This document shows positions 1 to 13,500 of a stretch of DNA of 64,000 nt, piece by piece (positions within the stretch are counted from its first letter, which is position 1; each line of letters opens with the position of its first letter). Under the pieces are notes generated by a model, which was not told the origin of the DNA, searched no databases, and worked only from the letters and a program-made list of their open reading frames with translations. The translations under genes and the position numbers were made by a program. This DNA is from the human T2T-CHM13v2.0 reference genome, Homo sapiens, in NCBI RefSeq assembly GCF_009914755.1, contig NC_060926.1; one strand, given 5' to 3'.

Positions 1-200
1 ACCTTGCAGTTGTTTCACTGATGAATGACTTCCATGTCAAAGAGACTAGGCAAATGTTCTAGAGTGTTTCACTGCCATTATACCTTAAATGTTTTAAGAT
101 TGGTTACATCTGTACTCTCATATTGAGGGAATTTTCTAAGGAGCAAATGGTATGTTCTGGAGACTTCAGTATAAGACTAAGCATAAAAATCATCATAGTA

Positions 201-514
<314 letters not shown>

Positions 515-789
515 AAAAATCATCATAGTAAGTAACATGTAAAGCACTTAATAGGTCCTAAGTACTTCATATATATAAATTTATTTCATCATCCCAATAA
601 ACTTATGAAATAGTGGCAATTTTAGTGCCATGTTACAATTAAAGAAACTGAAAGGTAGTCACTCTTAAGTGGTGGGGCCATGATACCTTGGGGTGAAAAA
701 TATCTCAGCATTAATCTGTGTCCTTGATTCCAAACTGGGGCAGAGCTAGGTTAGCACCAGAAATATGAACCTAGACTGGACTGGCTGTC

Positions 790-1015
790 ATTTATTGAGC
801 ATTTACAATTCCTTGGCATAGCACTAAGTACAATAAGAATAGTATCTTACTGCACCCCCACTTAAATCCTTCATGGTAGGAATTATCATTCCAGTTTTAC
901 AGAGATGAAACCAAGATTCACAGGGTTTAATTGCTTGTTGTCACACAATGATAAGTGGCACAATCAGTATTTAGACCCAGGTGTATTCATCTGTAAGTCT
1001 GTGTTTTAACTTCCA
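790..1015 (-). mobile_element. MIR
   Basis: TTTATTGAGC...ATTCCAGTTTTACAGAGATGAAACCAAG, MIR core in antisense. Confidence 0.65.
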
Positions 1016-1401
1016 TGACATAGAGGAAACCCTTATTTAGATCAAATTTTTTTCTGCCACTTGAACGTTGTATCTTTTGCTTTTTTCCTTCCAGAGATTA
1101 TTCTTAATTTGTTAAGTCCCATTCTTATGCATATTTTTCTCTATCTATGTTTAAGTTTATTGATATCCATGTCTCCCAAACAAGTAAAAAACTTGAGCAC
1201 ATATTTCCTTAAATCTCCTTTACCCTTGCATTGGTAGTATTAAGTAGTATGTTGATTCTTTATTGGTAAAATGATACAGTTTTTTAAAAATCATTTAAAA
1301 ATCATTTTTAAAAACCATATCTCCTTCAGACATTAATAAGCTTGGTCAACTTCTTCATAAAAGTTTTATTTCCCATATCTATTTCTCCATACAAATTGAT
1401 T

Positions 1402-1762
1402 ACAATGGACTGAATGTTTGTATTTCCCCAAAATTTACATGTTGACATTTTCTTCCCCAAGGTGATGTGGTTAGGAAGTTGGGCCTTTGGGGGGTGATTA
1501 GGTTATGAGTGTGGAGCACTCATTAATAGGATTAGTGCTCTTATAAGAAGGACTCCAGAGAGCTAGGAAGCCCCTTCCTCCATATGCATGTACAAGAAGA
1601 AGCTCTCAGTGCAACCCAGAAGAGGGCCCTCATCAGATCCTGACAATACTGGCACCCTAATCTCAGACTTCCGGCCTCCAGAACAATAAGAAATAAGTGT
1701 ATATAGTTTATAAGCCACTCAATCTATGGTACTTTGTTATAGCAACCGAAGTGGACTAAGAC
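1402..1762 (+). mobile_element. MLT1A-type MaLR solo LTR
   Basis: Starts ATGGACTGAATGTTTG; contains GGATTAGTGCTCTTATAAG; ends GGACTAAGACA. Confidence 0.85.
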
Positions 1763-1813
1763 ATTGATCTTGCCTTTTGGCAGAACACGTCTCCCGGGAG
1801 CATTTCAAATAGG

Positions 1814-2170
1814 TTCTTTTCTTTTTTTTTCCTTCAACTTTTATTTTAAGTTCCGGGGTACATGGGCAGGAGGTGCAGGCTTGTCACATAGGTAAACGTG
1901 TGCCATGGTGGTTTGCTGCACAGACCAACCCATCACCTAGATATTAAGCCCAGCATCCATCAGCTATTCTCCTTGATACTCTCCCTCCCCAAGCCCCGAC
2001 ACAGGCCCCAGTGTGTGTTGTTCCCTACCATGTGTCCATGTGTTCTATCATTCACCTCCCTCTTATAAGTAAGAACATGTGTTGTATGATTTTCTGTTCC
2101 TCCATTAGTTTGCTGAGGATAATGGCCTCCAGCTCCATCCATGTCCCTGCAAAGGATATGATCTTGTTCC
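1814..2170 (-). mobile_element. Old L1PA (about PA13-16) 3' fragment
   Basis: polyT followed by CAACTTTTATTTTAAGTTCCGGGGTACATG; TSD TTTCAAATAGG at 1803-1813 and 2171-2181. Confidence 0.9.
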
Positions 2171-3554
2171 TTTCAAATAGGATCTTTGAGTGAGAAACTT
2201 TCTTAAACTTTGTAGGTTTGAGAATTTCTTTATTAAAATGGTAGTTAATCTGGGTGGGTTTTTCCTTGAAAACTCTGAGGACATTATGTGGTGTTAAATG
2301 TTGAGAAGCCTGACATATTCTGGCATTTCTTAGGGTCTTTTCTTTTGACCTAGAAGCTTTTAAAATTTTCTCTTTGTCTTTATGCTCTTAAATTTTGCTA
2401 TAAACTGTCTGGATATTCATTTTTGTTTTTCACAGTCTTGTTTAGTATACTATCAGCCTTTTTTCCTGAGCTCTTATCTTTCTTTAATCCTGAGAAATTC
2501 TTGTTCATATTTCTTCCTCTGTTGGTCCTTTTTCACTTTCTGAGAATTCTATTTGGATTTTGACACATTTATTTCTGTGTTCCGTGACTCTCAACACTTC
2601 TCATGGGTTCCAACTCTTCCTGATATTTTCCCTTCCCAGTATCTTCCAGGTAGTTTTGTGACCCAACCTTTCAGTTCACTAATTTGTATGTCAGCTGTAC
2701 CCATTCTGCAATTTCAACTGTTCCTCTAATTTTTTTTATCTGAAAAGTTATGTTTTCAAGTCAAATTTTTTAATTAATTCTTCTTTTTCCTGCTGCATGC
2801 TTTCAAAAACTCCCCTTATCTCTCTGAGAATGTTCATTTAGGATCATTTTACATTCATATTCTGTTTCATTAGCTCTGCTTTCTCCGGAAAGGCCTATTA
2901 ACTTCAGTTATCATTCTTATTTAGAAATATTTCATCTTTTTTTCCTGGGGAGCACTTCTTTTATTCCTTTAGGCAGTGGCTTTGGCCCTAGCTTGGGTTT
3001 CTTCAGAGACTGGAGGTGCTGGGGAGTTGCCTTGGGGCAGAATACACTTCTAGTACTGCAATCTGGACTCAGCTATTCCAGTCCGGCTACCCAAGTTCCC
3101 TGTTGCCCCCAGTCTCACAGGATGTCTTCCCTGGGCACTGTTCTCTGCATCAGTGGGGCAGCCACCCCTTGTTATGCTTGCCTGGTGTAAGAGGATGGGG
3201 TAGGAATGGAGGGCACACACAGTGGCCAGTTCGCCTACCTGACTCCCTTGCCATGGGCTTTCCACCCTAGAAAGACAGCGACAAGTTCCTGTTAACTTGC
3301 GCTATGAGTGTGAGAAGATGCAATAAACTGCTGTGACCCCACATTGAATTTCCAGGTTCAGCCCCACCAGGAAAATATGAAGGAAAGAAAAGCATTATTT
3401 GTAAGAGAGAACTTCACAAATTCTCTCCCATCATCTTTCTTCTGTTTCCTTTGCTCTCCCACCAAAATTAAGACCAGTCCTCTCTTTCTTTCTAAGCAAC
3501 TTTTGATTTTGCGTTAGTTACTGAGACTCTCAATGTCTCTATATCTCCTGTGCT

Positions 3555-3720
3555 CAGTTTCATGGGTGAATGACCTATGTGGTTACACAGGATCCCACGC
3601 TTACAAGGGCCCCACACATAGTTTAATACTCTTCTGTTACCATCTTGAAATTCTAGATACTTTCCGAACAGGAGGCCCAGCACTTTGATTTGTGGAATGC
3701 ACCACAAATTATGTAGCCAT
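3555..3720 (+). mobile_element. MER91A-like hAT fossil
   Basis: TTCATGGGTG...AAGGGCCCCAC...TCTTGAAATTC...CAAATTATGTAGCC resembles the MER91A consensus. Confidence 0.7.
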
Positions 3721-4242
3721 TGCCGCCTGTGGCATTTCCAAGTTTGACTTCAGCAGCTTGTATTGAATCACCAAGTTATCCAAGACTAACTAAAGTTATA
3801 TTTCTAGAGAATTCACTCCAAAGTTCCCTCTACATAGTTAAGCAGTGACTATTTCTTCAGCTTTAACAAAGTTCCAACAAATTACTTTTGGAGGAAAGAG
3901 GGATGGTTCAGAAGAGCATCTCTTGCTAGCTAAAAGAAGCAGCACCTTTAAGCCACCTGCCTCAGATATTGAGAGGAACTGGAGGATCCTGAGATATCCA
4001 CCACCACTACCACCACCCCTTTCCCACCTTCTGCCTTTTTTGTTTACTTTGGTAAATCTGAGTTTGGGAATCACAAACTTTGGTAGATGAAGCTTCATGG
4101 TTTATTGTAACCCAAAATAGTGTATAGATGCATGCAAAATCTAGAAAAATATTTTCCTGGAAATAGGGCATATAGTTTTTACAGATTATCAGACATTCAG
4201 ATAAAGAAAAGGCTATAAAGGTTACCTGCAAGCCATGGGTTC

Positions 4243-4293
4243 TGTGTGTGTGTGTGTGTGTGCCTGTGTGTGCGTGTGTGTGTGTGTGCGTGT
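4243..4293. repeat. Interrupted (TG)n microsatellite
   Basis: Directly visible. Confidence 0.95.
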
Positions 4294-5007
4294 AAGACAA
4301 AATTCAGTTTTTCCTAGAGAGATGCACACACATGCAGAGCACAACACATAAAAGATTTTCTCACCAGAGACTATATTGTCTTACCATGAAGGTATGATCT
4401 AATTATTGATGAGATACACTTGAGATTAGGATATTCTGCATATTTTTTGCTTTTAATGTCAAATTTAAAAAGGATCAACAGACACAAATCCTGCTCAAAA
4501 TGATTCACTTCTTGTTAATCCCCTTTCCAGGTTTCCTTCCTTTGCAGCTTTCTAATTGCAACAATCCAAATGATAATTATTATTTTTATAATTTTCCCAA
4601 TTGTGTGTGACAATGATAGAGGTAATTTATTGCAAAGGTTTTCATTTATGCTAATTATAATATGTTAGAGTTGTCTATTAGCAAACATCTCTTTAAAGTA
4701 AGGAAAGGCCATTCACTTTCAGTGTTACTGAATCCACTGCTTTTCCTTCCAAATTTCTCTTCCTTCCCAAACACTGCCCTGTTCCACCTCAGGGGTACAA
4801 AGTCCTGACCACTCCAATTAATTAATAGCTTTTGACAAAGAGAAGAAATAAAATTCATGGCTTATTTTTTTTCTAGCTCACATTGATAATTCAGAGTCAA
4901 AGGTTAGAAATGTACAGTGATGGGCATTCTGATGCATTCCCTAGCATTAGAGTCAAAGACTAGTAAAAGCTTATAGAAGGAGAAAATGAAGAAATAAATA
5001 CACACTA

Positions 5008-5230
5008 GTAACAATAGCTGACATTTATGGTGTTTTATTTTCCTGATGATATTTTACAGATATTTTCAAACAACCTATACCTAAAGCATTATCATCAACA
5101 CATTTACATATGAGGAAACTGAGGCACGGAGAAATAAAATTATTTGACCACCATCAAATAAGTAGTTAGTAGAGGATTCAGGACTTGACCAGGCAGTTAG
5201 ATTCTAGAAGTCAATGCTTATAACCACGAC
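5008..5230 (-). mobile_element. MIR
   Basis: CATTTACATATGAGGAAACTGAGGCACGGAGA core. Confidence 0.8.
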
Positions 5231-5297
5231 ATCATATCTGCTTCCAGAATCAGAGCTTCTTGTTATCATGAGAACACCGGAGCTACCACACATCTCA

Positions 5298-5600
5298 TGT
5301 CGTTGTCAGTTTGGGTTGCTATCACAAAATACTATAGACTGGTGGCTTAAACAACAAGCGCTGATTCCTCACAGTTCTGGAGGCTGGGGTGACCAACATC
5401 AAGGTGGAGGCAGAGCCAGTGTCTGGCCAGGGCGTGCTTCCTGGCTTGTGCACAGCTGCCTTTTGCATCTTCACATGGCAGAGAAGGAGAGCAAGCATAC
5501 TCTCTCCTGCCTCCATTCTTGAGAACTTCACCATCATGCCCTAATCACCTTTCAAAGGGCCTGTATCCTAATACCATCACATCTGGGGTGAGTATTTCGA
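5298..5600 (-). mobile_element. MLT1A-type LTR
   Basis: GCTATCACAAAATAC...GGCTTAAACAAC...CTCACAGTTCTGGAGGCTGGG. Confidence 0.8.
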
Positions 5601-5887
5601 TCTAATTAATATAATTCCAACTAATAGCAAACAAGTTAGATCACATGATTAGTCTATGCTGATTTATTACAGGTGAACATGAAATATCCTATAGGATTTT
5701 TGAAATAATGAAAACATACTAAAGAGCCCCATGAGGCCTGCAAAGAATGCAGGAAATGCCAATTTGGGGAAGCACAGACCTACTCCTTTCCATGGAAGCA
5801 ATGCCCTGTTTTCTACACCCCTCAGCTTCTAACCCATGTCCAACTTATAGTTAGGATTGAATAAACATTTGCTGAATTCAACTAAAT

Positions 5888-5892
5888 TATTA

Positions 5893-5933
<41 letters not shown>

Positions 5934-6177
5934 GAAATGGAGTCTCGCTCTGTGGCCCAGGCTGGAGTGCAGTGACGCATTCTCCACTCACTGCAACCTC
6001 CACCTCCTGGGTTCAAGTGAGCATCCTGCCTCAGCCTCCTGATTACAGGCGCCCACCACCACGCCTGGCTAATTTTTGTAGTTTTAGTATGAGGTCGCAA
6101 ACTCCTGACCTCAAGTGATCCGCCCACCTCTGCCTCCCAAAATGCTGGGATTACACGCATGAGCCACCGCGCCCAGC
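5888..6177 (-). mobile_element. AluS with two internal deletions and an (ATA)n tail
   Basis: Antisense Alu; flanking AACTAAATTA repeated on both sides (TSD). Confidence 0.9.
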
Positions 6178-6261
6178 TGAACTAAATTAAATATAACCTT
6201 GCACTAGTCACATCTCTGAAGCTAAATATCTCCACCTGTAAAACGAAAAGGTGAATCTAGA

Positions 6262-6430
6262 TCAATGGCTTTTAGCCCTGGCTGTACATGAGCATCACCC
6301 AGAGAGCTTATAAGAAGAATTTATGTTCCAGCTCCACCCCAAGATTTTGATCTAAAGTAGGTTACACGCTGTCCTTCCCTTTTTGAGGTTTCCAGTGATT
6401 CTAACATGAAGCTAGAGTTGAAAACCACAG
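6262..6430. mobile_element. MER5-type hAT-Charlie MITE
   Basis: CAATGGCTTTTAGCCCTGGCTGTACA...GTGATTCTAACATG...GTTGAAAACCAC terminal motifs. Confidence 0.7.
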
Positions 6431-7707
6431 ACTAGTGATTCTCAAAATTTGTTGTCTGGACAAGCAACCTCAATCCATCAATAACTCAAGATCACACTGA
6501 AAATAGCTCTCCTTTATCTTGCATAGAGGTGTAGACAGATGAGAAATATTTTTTCCCATAGAACAACTGCTTGATTAGCTAGCATACTTAATTTCTTCCA
6601 AACCATTAGATGCGTGTGTTACAGTTGGTTCCAGTGCTACTGCGTGGTGGAGACCCCTAACCTAATTTCCCAAACTCCTTGCCACCCACTGCAACCAAAT
6701 CTCCTGGGAGGCGGAGTTGATCGATATGCTTGAACTGAGAGTTACATCCCAGTTATTCTCTTTTCCCCTTCTTGACTTCTAGCAGCATTCATTTTTTTCC
6801 AGCAACTGTCATTTTTGAAGTCTCTTATTCAAGGAAAATTTAGAAAAGGGAGCTTCAAATTGAAGTAAATGGAGAAAAGTTTAATTTTCCTCTCCTCTGA
6901 TTAGATACTCAAATTTGGAAATTTATAAATGTTTCCAGCTCCAAAATGCTTTTTTAAAGTCATTTACATAATCCTGTTGAGAATGCCATATGAGTATGGA
7001 TCAAAGGCCGAGTCGTCACTCTTGTGACTTTCCTCCCATCCCGAGATTAGCTTCCTTAGCATGCTCTGAGAGCTAATGGACACTTTCCTCTAAACCTAAT
7101 GCAGCACTAGCAATGTTTTTCTCTGTAGATTTGGAATGTTAAATTAAAGATTATGCAACCGCTTTTTTTAGAAGCAATTTATGTGGAGGGCAGAGTGCTC
7201 TGTCTTAGGTTAAGCAGTTTCATTTTCAGCTATTTTGCTAGCAAGAAGAGATAATGCTTTCTAAGAACATAAATGTGTGCATCTTCCTTACCACTATGCC
7301 TCTCTCATTTTGACTCAGATGAGATCCTCAGTCTCATTTCTGAAATAGTCCTGGGGGAGTTTTTTTAAATGTTTCCGAGAACAAACAAATCTCTGGCATT
7401 ATAGTCGAATTTATCATATTTTTGCACTTTGTAAAAAAAGGAGATAAACAATTACCACAGTGAAGAAAACAAATATTTTAAACCCACAAATGCACACATG
7501 TATAAATATGAATCTGCCTGTGTGTATTATGAGTAGAATCAGAGAAAGCTTAGCAAGAGTCCAGGTTCTGTCACTTACTAGTTGCGTAATTGTGGATAGG
7601 TTATTTTACCTGTCATAATTTCTGTTTCCCTTCTGATAAAAATGACAGTGTAATAATAACTTCATGAGCTATTGTCAGTATTAAACAGATCACTCAGAGT
7701 CCTTATT

Positions 7708-7912
7708 TGAACAATATAATGAGACCCTATCTCTATAAAAATGAAATTCTAGCCAGGTGTGGTGGTGCACACCTGTAGTCCCAGCTATTTGGGAGGCTGA
7801 GGTGAGAGAATTGCTTGAGCCCAGAAGGTAGAGGCTACAGTGAGCTATGATCATGCCACCGCACTCCAGCCTGGGCAACAGAGTGAAACCTTCTCTCAAA
7901 AACAAACAAAAA
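7708..7912 (+). mobile_element. 5'-truncated AluJ (mainly right arm)
   Basis: GCTTGAGCCCAG and GAGGCTACAGTGAGCTATGATC; TSD GTCCTTATT at 7699-7707 and 7914-7922. Confidence 0.88.
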
Positions 7913-7941
7913 TGTCCTTATTGCTGTGTCTGAATAGGTAA

Positions 7942-8314
7942 TTTTTAAAAATTCAGTAGTTTTGGGAGTACAGGTGGTTTTTGGTTACATAGATCAGTTA
8001 TTTAGCGATGATTTCTGAGATTTTATTATACCTGTCACGTGAGCAGTGGTGTACACTGTACCCAGTATGTAGTCCATTCTTCCTCACCCACCTCCCAACC
8101 TTTCCCCTCCGAGTCCCCAAAGTCCATTATATCACTCTTATGTTTTTGCGTCCTCATAGCTTAGCTTCCACTTATAAGTGAGAACATTGATATTTGGTTT
8201 TTCCACTCCTGAATTACTTCACTTAGAATAATGGCCTCCATCTCCATCCAAGTTGCTGCAAAAGATATTGTTTCATTCATTTTTATGGCTGAGTAGTATT
8301 CCATAGTGTATATA
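7942..8314 (-). mobile_element. L1PB1-like 3' fragment
   Basis: L1PB 3'UTR in antisense; TSD TCTGAATAGGTAA at 7929-7941 and 8315-8327. Confidence 0.88.
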
Positions 8315-8392
8315 TCTGAATAGGTAACTTCTTAATCAAGTTTATTAAGAGATTGGTAGCGGTGGTGGCAGTTCTTGTACGTGTGAGTTTCT

Positions 8393-8599
8393 TTTTTTAT
8401 ATAATTTCAACTTTTATTTTACATTCAGGGTGTATATGTGCAGGTTTCTTACATGCGTATATTGCATGATGCTGAGGTTTGGAATACAAATGATCCTGTC
8501 ACCGAGATAGTGAGCACAGTACCCAACAGTTATTTTTTCAACCCTGGCTCTCCTCCCACCCTCCCCGCTCTAATTAGTCCCCAGTGCTTATTGTTGCCA
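8393..8599 (-). mobile_element. L1PB-type 3' fragment
   Basis: TTTCAACTTTTATTTTACATTCAGGG...; degenerate TSD GTACGTGTGAGTTTCT / GTAGGTGTAAGTTTCT (14/16). Confidence 0.8.
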
Positions 8600-8713
8600 G
8601 TAGGTGTAAGTTTCTATGCACTATGATGGTACCACATACCACTATGAATCAAAGACATCCTTTGATTATTCTAGCGGTGGTGATGAGCTTCACTGCCCAT
8701 TCACATTTATCTA

Positions 8714-8908
8714 TTGATGTGCTGGTAAATATTCAGTAACTGGCCCTTGAGGGTGGAGGATAGAGAAGCCCTGATTTGTAGCATTTTAATCGTGTAAATA
8801 CTCCCTTCATGGCAAATTTCAAGCCACCAGCAAAGGGTGACATCAGTGAACAACGATCGGGAAGCACCGCACATGACTGGCTCCTGGGCTCCGGCTCCAG
8901 CACACTGC
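8714..8908. mobile_element. MER63A-like hAT fossil
   Basis: Inverted termini GTGCTGG...CCAGCAC; AAGCCCTGATTTGTAGC and GTAAATACTCCC. Confidence 0.75.
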
Positions 8909-9419
8909 TACTCCATTTATCAGACAGCTCTGGGTACCAGCAGCACGGAATTGCTCGGTGTGACTACAGATTGTCCTCTCTGAGAAGAAACTAAGTATTT
9001 CACAGGGATAAAATTAGTCCATGCTTATATTACACATGAAGTCGCTGAATAAAGTACCTGACAACTATGTCTAAGGCTCATCTTGGAGAGTCTTGATCAA
9101 GAGAAGAACTGTATAATATTAGAGCAGGAAGGTGCCAGAGATACCATCAAGCCTCCAATACAATCCCCAATTCTGAAAAGGAAACTTGAGCACCAAGAAT
9201 TATGACATTAGGTGACTCGCCCACATTCCTACTGCTGTTTACTAATAATAGTTGGATTAAAAACCATATCTGTTTGCCTCCTGGTTCTTTTTTCTACTAC
9301 TCCTGCCAGCAAGGCTTGTACACTGTCAGGCCACTCAGTGACAGAACTCAATAACAGGGGAAGAACACGTATTTATTTGCTGCAATTCATCTCGGAATGC
9401 TATGCATTTTTAATCAGTC

Positions 9420-10230
9420 AAGAAAAAAATGCTCAACACCACTATTCATTAGAAAAATGCAAATCAAGACCACAATGAGTTACTATTACACACCAGTCAG
9501 AATGGCTACTGTTAAGTCGAAAAATAACATGCTGGTGAGTTTGCCAGGGGTATGGGGGGAAGGGAACACTGCTAGTAGGGATTGCAAATTAGTTCAGCCA
9601 TTGTAGAAAGTGGTATGGCACTTCCTCAAAGAACTTAAAACATAATTACCATTTCATCCCAGCAATGCCATTATTGGGTATATACCCAAAGGAGTATAAA
9701 TCATTTTACCATAAAGACACATGTATGCATATGTTCATCACAGCACTATTCACAATAGCAAAGACATAGAATCAATCTAAATGCCCACTAACAGTAGACT
9801 GATTTTTGTATCATACTTTAAGAACAGTAGACTGAATTTTTAAAATGTGGTGTATATATACACCATGGAATACTATCCAGCCATAAAAAAAAAGAATGAG
9901 AACATGTCCTTTGCCGCCACATGGATTGAGCTGGAGGACATTATCCTAAGCAAACTAACACAGGAACAGAAAATCAAATATTGCATGCTATCACTTACAA
10001 GTGGGAGATAAACAATGAGAACACATGGACACAAAGAGGAGAACAACAGACACTGGGATCTACTTGAGGGTAGAGGATGGGAGGAGGGAGAGGATCAGAG
10101 AAATACTTACTATGCTTATTACCTGGGTGATGAAATAATCTGTACATGAGACCCCCATGACACAAGTTTACCATATAACAAACCTGTACAGCCCTGAACC
10201 TTAAATAAAAGTTAAAAGAAAAAAAAGTAA
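9420..10230 (+). mobile_element. L1PA16-like 3' end (ORF2 end, 3'UTR, A tail)
   Basis: AAATGCAAATCAAGACCACAATGAG...CCTGAACCTTAAATAAAAGTT. Confidence 0.9.
9803..9822 (-). mobile_element. Ultra-short L1PA 3'-end insertion (20 bp) nested in an older L1
   Basis: TTTTTGTATCATACTTTAAG flanked by AACAGTAGACTGA at 9790-9802 and 9823-9835. Confidence 0.6.
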
Positions 10231-10529
10231 ATAAAATAATACAAAGTATAGATAAAAAGCAAAATAATAATAATAAAGCATGGGTTTTGGGATTTTTTTT
10301 TTTTTTTTTTTTACAAAAAAAGAAGTCTTTTCTCAAACAACTACAAAGGCACTTAGCTATAACACTGGCCTTGGGGAGCGCACTTTACATGAGGTAGAGT
10401 TAATGAGATGCTCTGGGCATTATCAGAAAGGAGTCCTCTTTTAAAATAAGCAAACATAGAAGGGCCTTACAGGAGAGATCAAATGATGACAAGACTTGGA
10501 TGTCTTATATTCTCCTTTTAAAATTAATT

Positions 10530-12560
10530 TGTTTAAATTTTTTAAATATGTGAGCAACTTTATGTGCCAGACATCACTTTTCTAGGTGCTGCAGATGCAG
10601 ATGAACTAGGCAGATAAAGCTCTTGCTTTATGGAGCTTTTTTCTGGGTGGGGAGTGGGTGTAGGGATTAAGGAGAACACAAAATAATTAATAATGTATCT
10701 TATAGTTGCAGCAACTGTATATGCAAAGAAAAGAGAATCAAAGTAAGAAGAAAGAACAATGGCAGGCAGTGGAAGAGGATACCACTTAAATATGGAGATC
10801 AGAGAAAAGACCTCTCTGAAGAGATAACCTTTTGAAAGAGACCTGAAAGAAATAAAGATCTGGAGGAAATTTGCCACAGTGAGAGAAAAATACTAAATGT
10901 TAAGGCCCCAAACAAGCTTCTTGTGTTTGAGGAACAGCAGATGGGCTGAGGAAAGGTTAATAAGAAATGAGGATCCTGTAGGGCTAGCATCATCATGGAA
11001 ATTTGTTTTGGAATTTATTCTAATCATGATGGGAAGCCTTAAGTGAGGGAAGTGACTTCCTCTGGCTCTGGCTGCTGCATGAATAACCGGGCTTGAAAGA
11101 GCTAAGAGCAGAAGCAGGGATTTGGCTCTAGCAGTAGTCCAGTTGAGAGATGATGATGTCTTAGACTACCATTGTTGTGGAGATGCTGAAATATGACTGA
11201 ATTCAGGACGGATTTCGGAAATATTGCTATCAAGATTTTTCTGGCAGACTGGACATGAGATATTAGGGAAAAGGATGAATCATTGAGGACTCCTAGTTCT
11301 TAGGCCTGAGCCCCTTAATTTCTGGAACTCAGCCCCCATCATTTAATTTATGATGCTGCCAGTAATAGAATGGGTAAAACTGAGGGAAAGGCAAGTGGAA
11401 GAGGACAGGAGTAAAGAGTACTTCTTCATACATGCTAAGTTTGAGATGACTAATGAAAACCTAAAGATAAATACAGATGGTGAACTAAGGGAAGAAGTTT
11501 AGTCTAGAAATATAAATGTTAGTGTCATCGACATTTAATTGACAATTAAAGTCAAAGGATTAGTGAAACAACCCAATATAGGATTTAGAGAAGAGGTCCA
11601 AGGACTGAGTCCTAAGGTATTCCACTGTTTAAAGGGGTGAAGAAGAGGAAGGTCCCACCAACAGCCTGACGAAGGGTATCCAGGGTGGGAGAAGAGCAAC
11701 AGGACATTGTGTAATCCAGAAACCAAGTGAAGAAAGCACTTCCAGGAGGAGGTAATAACTAATGATGTGTCTGTTGGAATTTGAGTAAGGAGACAACTTG
11801 AAATCAACCAGTGTGTTTTAATGGAGGTCAATGGTAATACTGCCAAAACAGTTTCAGGGTAGGAGTAGGAAAGAAAGCCTCACTGAAGAGAATTAAGGGG
11901 AGAGCAAGAGATTAAGAAATGAAGACAGCAAGAATTGACCACTCTATTTAAGAAAATGGAATTTTTTAAGATGGAAGATATTTCAGTATGTTTGTATGCT
12001 CCTGTAAGTAATCTAGTGTAGGGGGCAAGAGTTTATGTTGAGGAAAATATAACCATAGTTGTAATTCACTTGTGCAGATGAGAGAACATGGGTCCAGTGT
12101 ACCAGGAGGGACTTAGATAATTTCAATAACAGTTTGCCCATTATGGCAGGAGGAAGACAGAGCACATGGGCAAAAATGTGGGTAGGTTGGAAAATGCAGT
12201 GAGAAGATATGTTGAACCTCTCTACCAATAACTTCTATTTTCAAAACTGAAATAAGATCCTAGATGACCAGCTAAGAGTGAGGTTGATTCAAAGAGTGTG
12301 AAGGTTTCATAAAGAAAGAATAAATGTGACTATAGTAGTAACTGGATGACACAGAGTGGAAGCAAGATCATCAAAGGACAATCTTGGATAGAGGGAAGGG
12401 CATGGGAGTACATTGTCTATGTGAATAGTGATGTTACCAAGAATGATGACAGAATTTGTGGGAGTAAAAAGACAAACCAGGCATATAAACATTTAATGAA
12501 TTAGGGAGAGTGTCTCGGAGGGCAATTGTTGATTCCAACACGGAGGGGTAGTAGATGGTA
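10530..12560 (-). mobile_element. L2 (long degraded fragment)
   Basis: TGAGCAACTTTATGTGCCAG 3' terminus in antisense, then purine-rich L2 motifs (GTCCAAGGACTGAGTCCT, AAACCAAGTGAAGAAAG). Confidence 0.75.
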
Positions 12561-13179
12561 TAGTCTGAGGCAGGTATGTCAGAGAGCCTGTGTAAACCGA
12601 AATTCAGGAAAGTAAAACTATTTACCTAAAACAAAGTAATAAAATGGCACATAGTAAACACACACAAACACACACACACATAAATACACAAGTGCACATA
12701 CACACAGAAGTGCACAATATACATACATATACACAACTAGAAATCTATACACCACACCTCAATCCTCCTATCCTCGGCAAAAGAATACATTTACAATCTC
12801 TAGCAATTCTGTTGACCTTAAAACAGTTTAACTACCAAGAATTTGACATCGCACGTATATGAAGAAAGTTGAAGACATAAGATCAAAGTGAATTTTCCTT
12901 CATTCCTTTCTTGCCCATTTAGATTTTACTTCTTCTTTCTTTGCCTTTCTTTTTGTCATGTAGAAAACAGAGCCACACTCTACACATCCTGAATCCTGAA
13001 AAATCAGAAGACTTAACCTTAATCAAGTGCTGTTACCTCTTCTGAGTTCAATTCCAAGTAAGTAGGGAATTTGGGAGCAGGTAGAGGGATGCCTTGTCCC
13101 CAGCTCAATTCCCAGCTGGCCCTCCTTTTTCTGCAGAGTGCAGAGGCATGACAACAAGGAAGAATACAGTACTGAATCT

Positions 13180-13500
13180 ACAGCATCGTGGTTGTCAGCT
13201 GCAGGTCATGACTGTTCAGTAGATTGTGAAATCAACTAATTAGGTCTTGACCAGCACTTCTTTTTTAAATAAAATGCAATGAAAAATTAATTTTTTAAAA
13301 AAAGGAATGAAAAATTATGAGTGCATTAAATATAATGAGGGTAAAATTTGGGGAAAAATATAGCTTACATGAAAATTATACATAAATGTATATGAATATA
13401 CATTGTGAAAATACTCATACACATATCTATACTGAGTAATGATGTAAAATATATTTCTTAATATGGGTCATAGTCAACAACGTTTGAAAGCAACTGTCTT
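13180..13500. mobile_element. hAT-Charlie family fossil
   Basis: GGTCATGAC...GTGAAATCAA...GACCAGCA, ending TTTGAAAGCAACTG. Confidence 0.5.
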
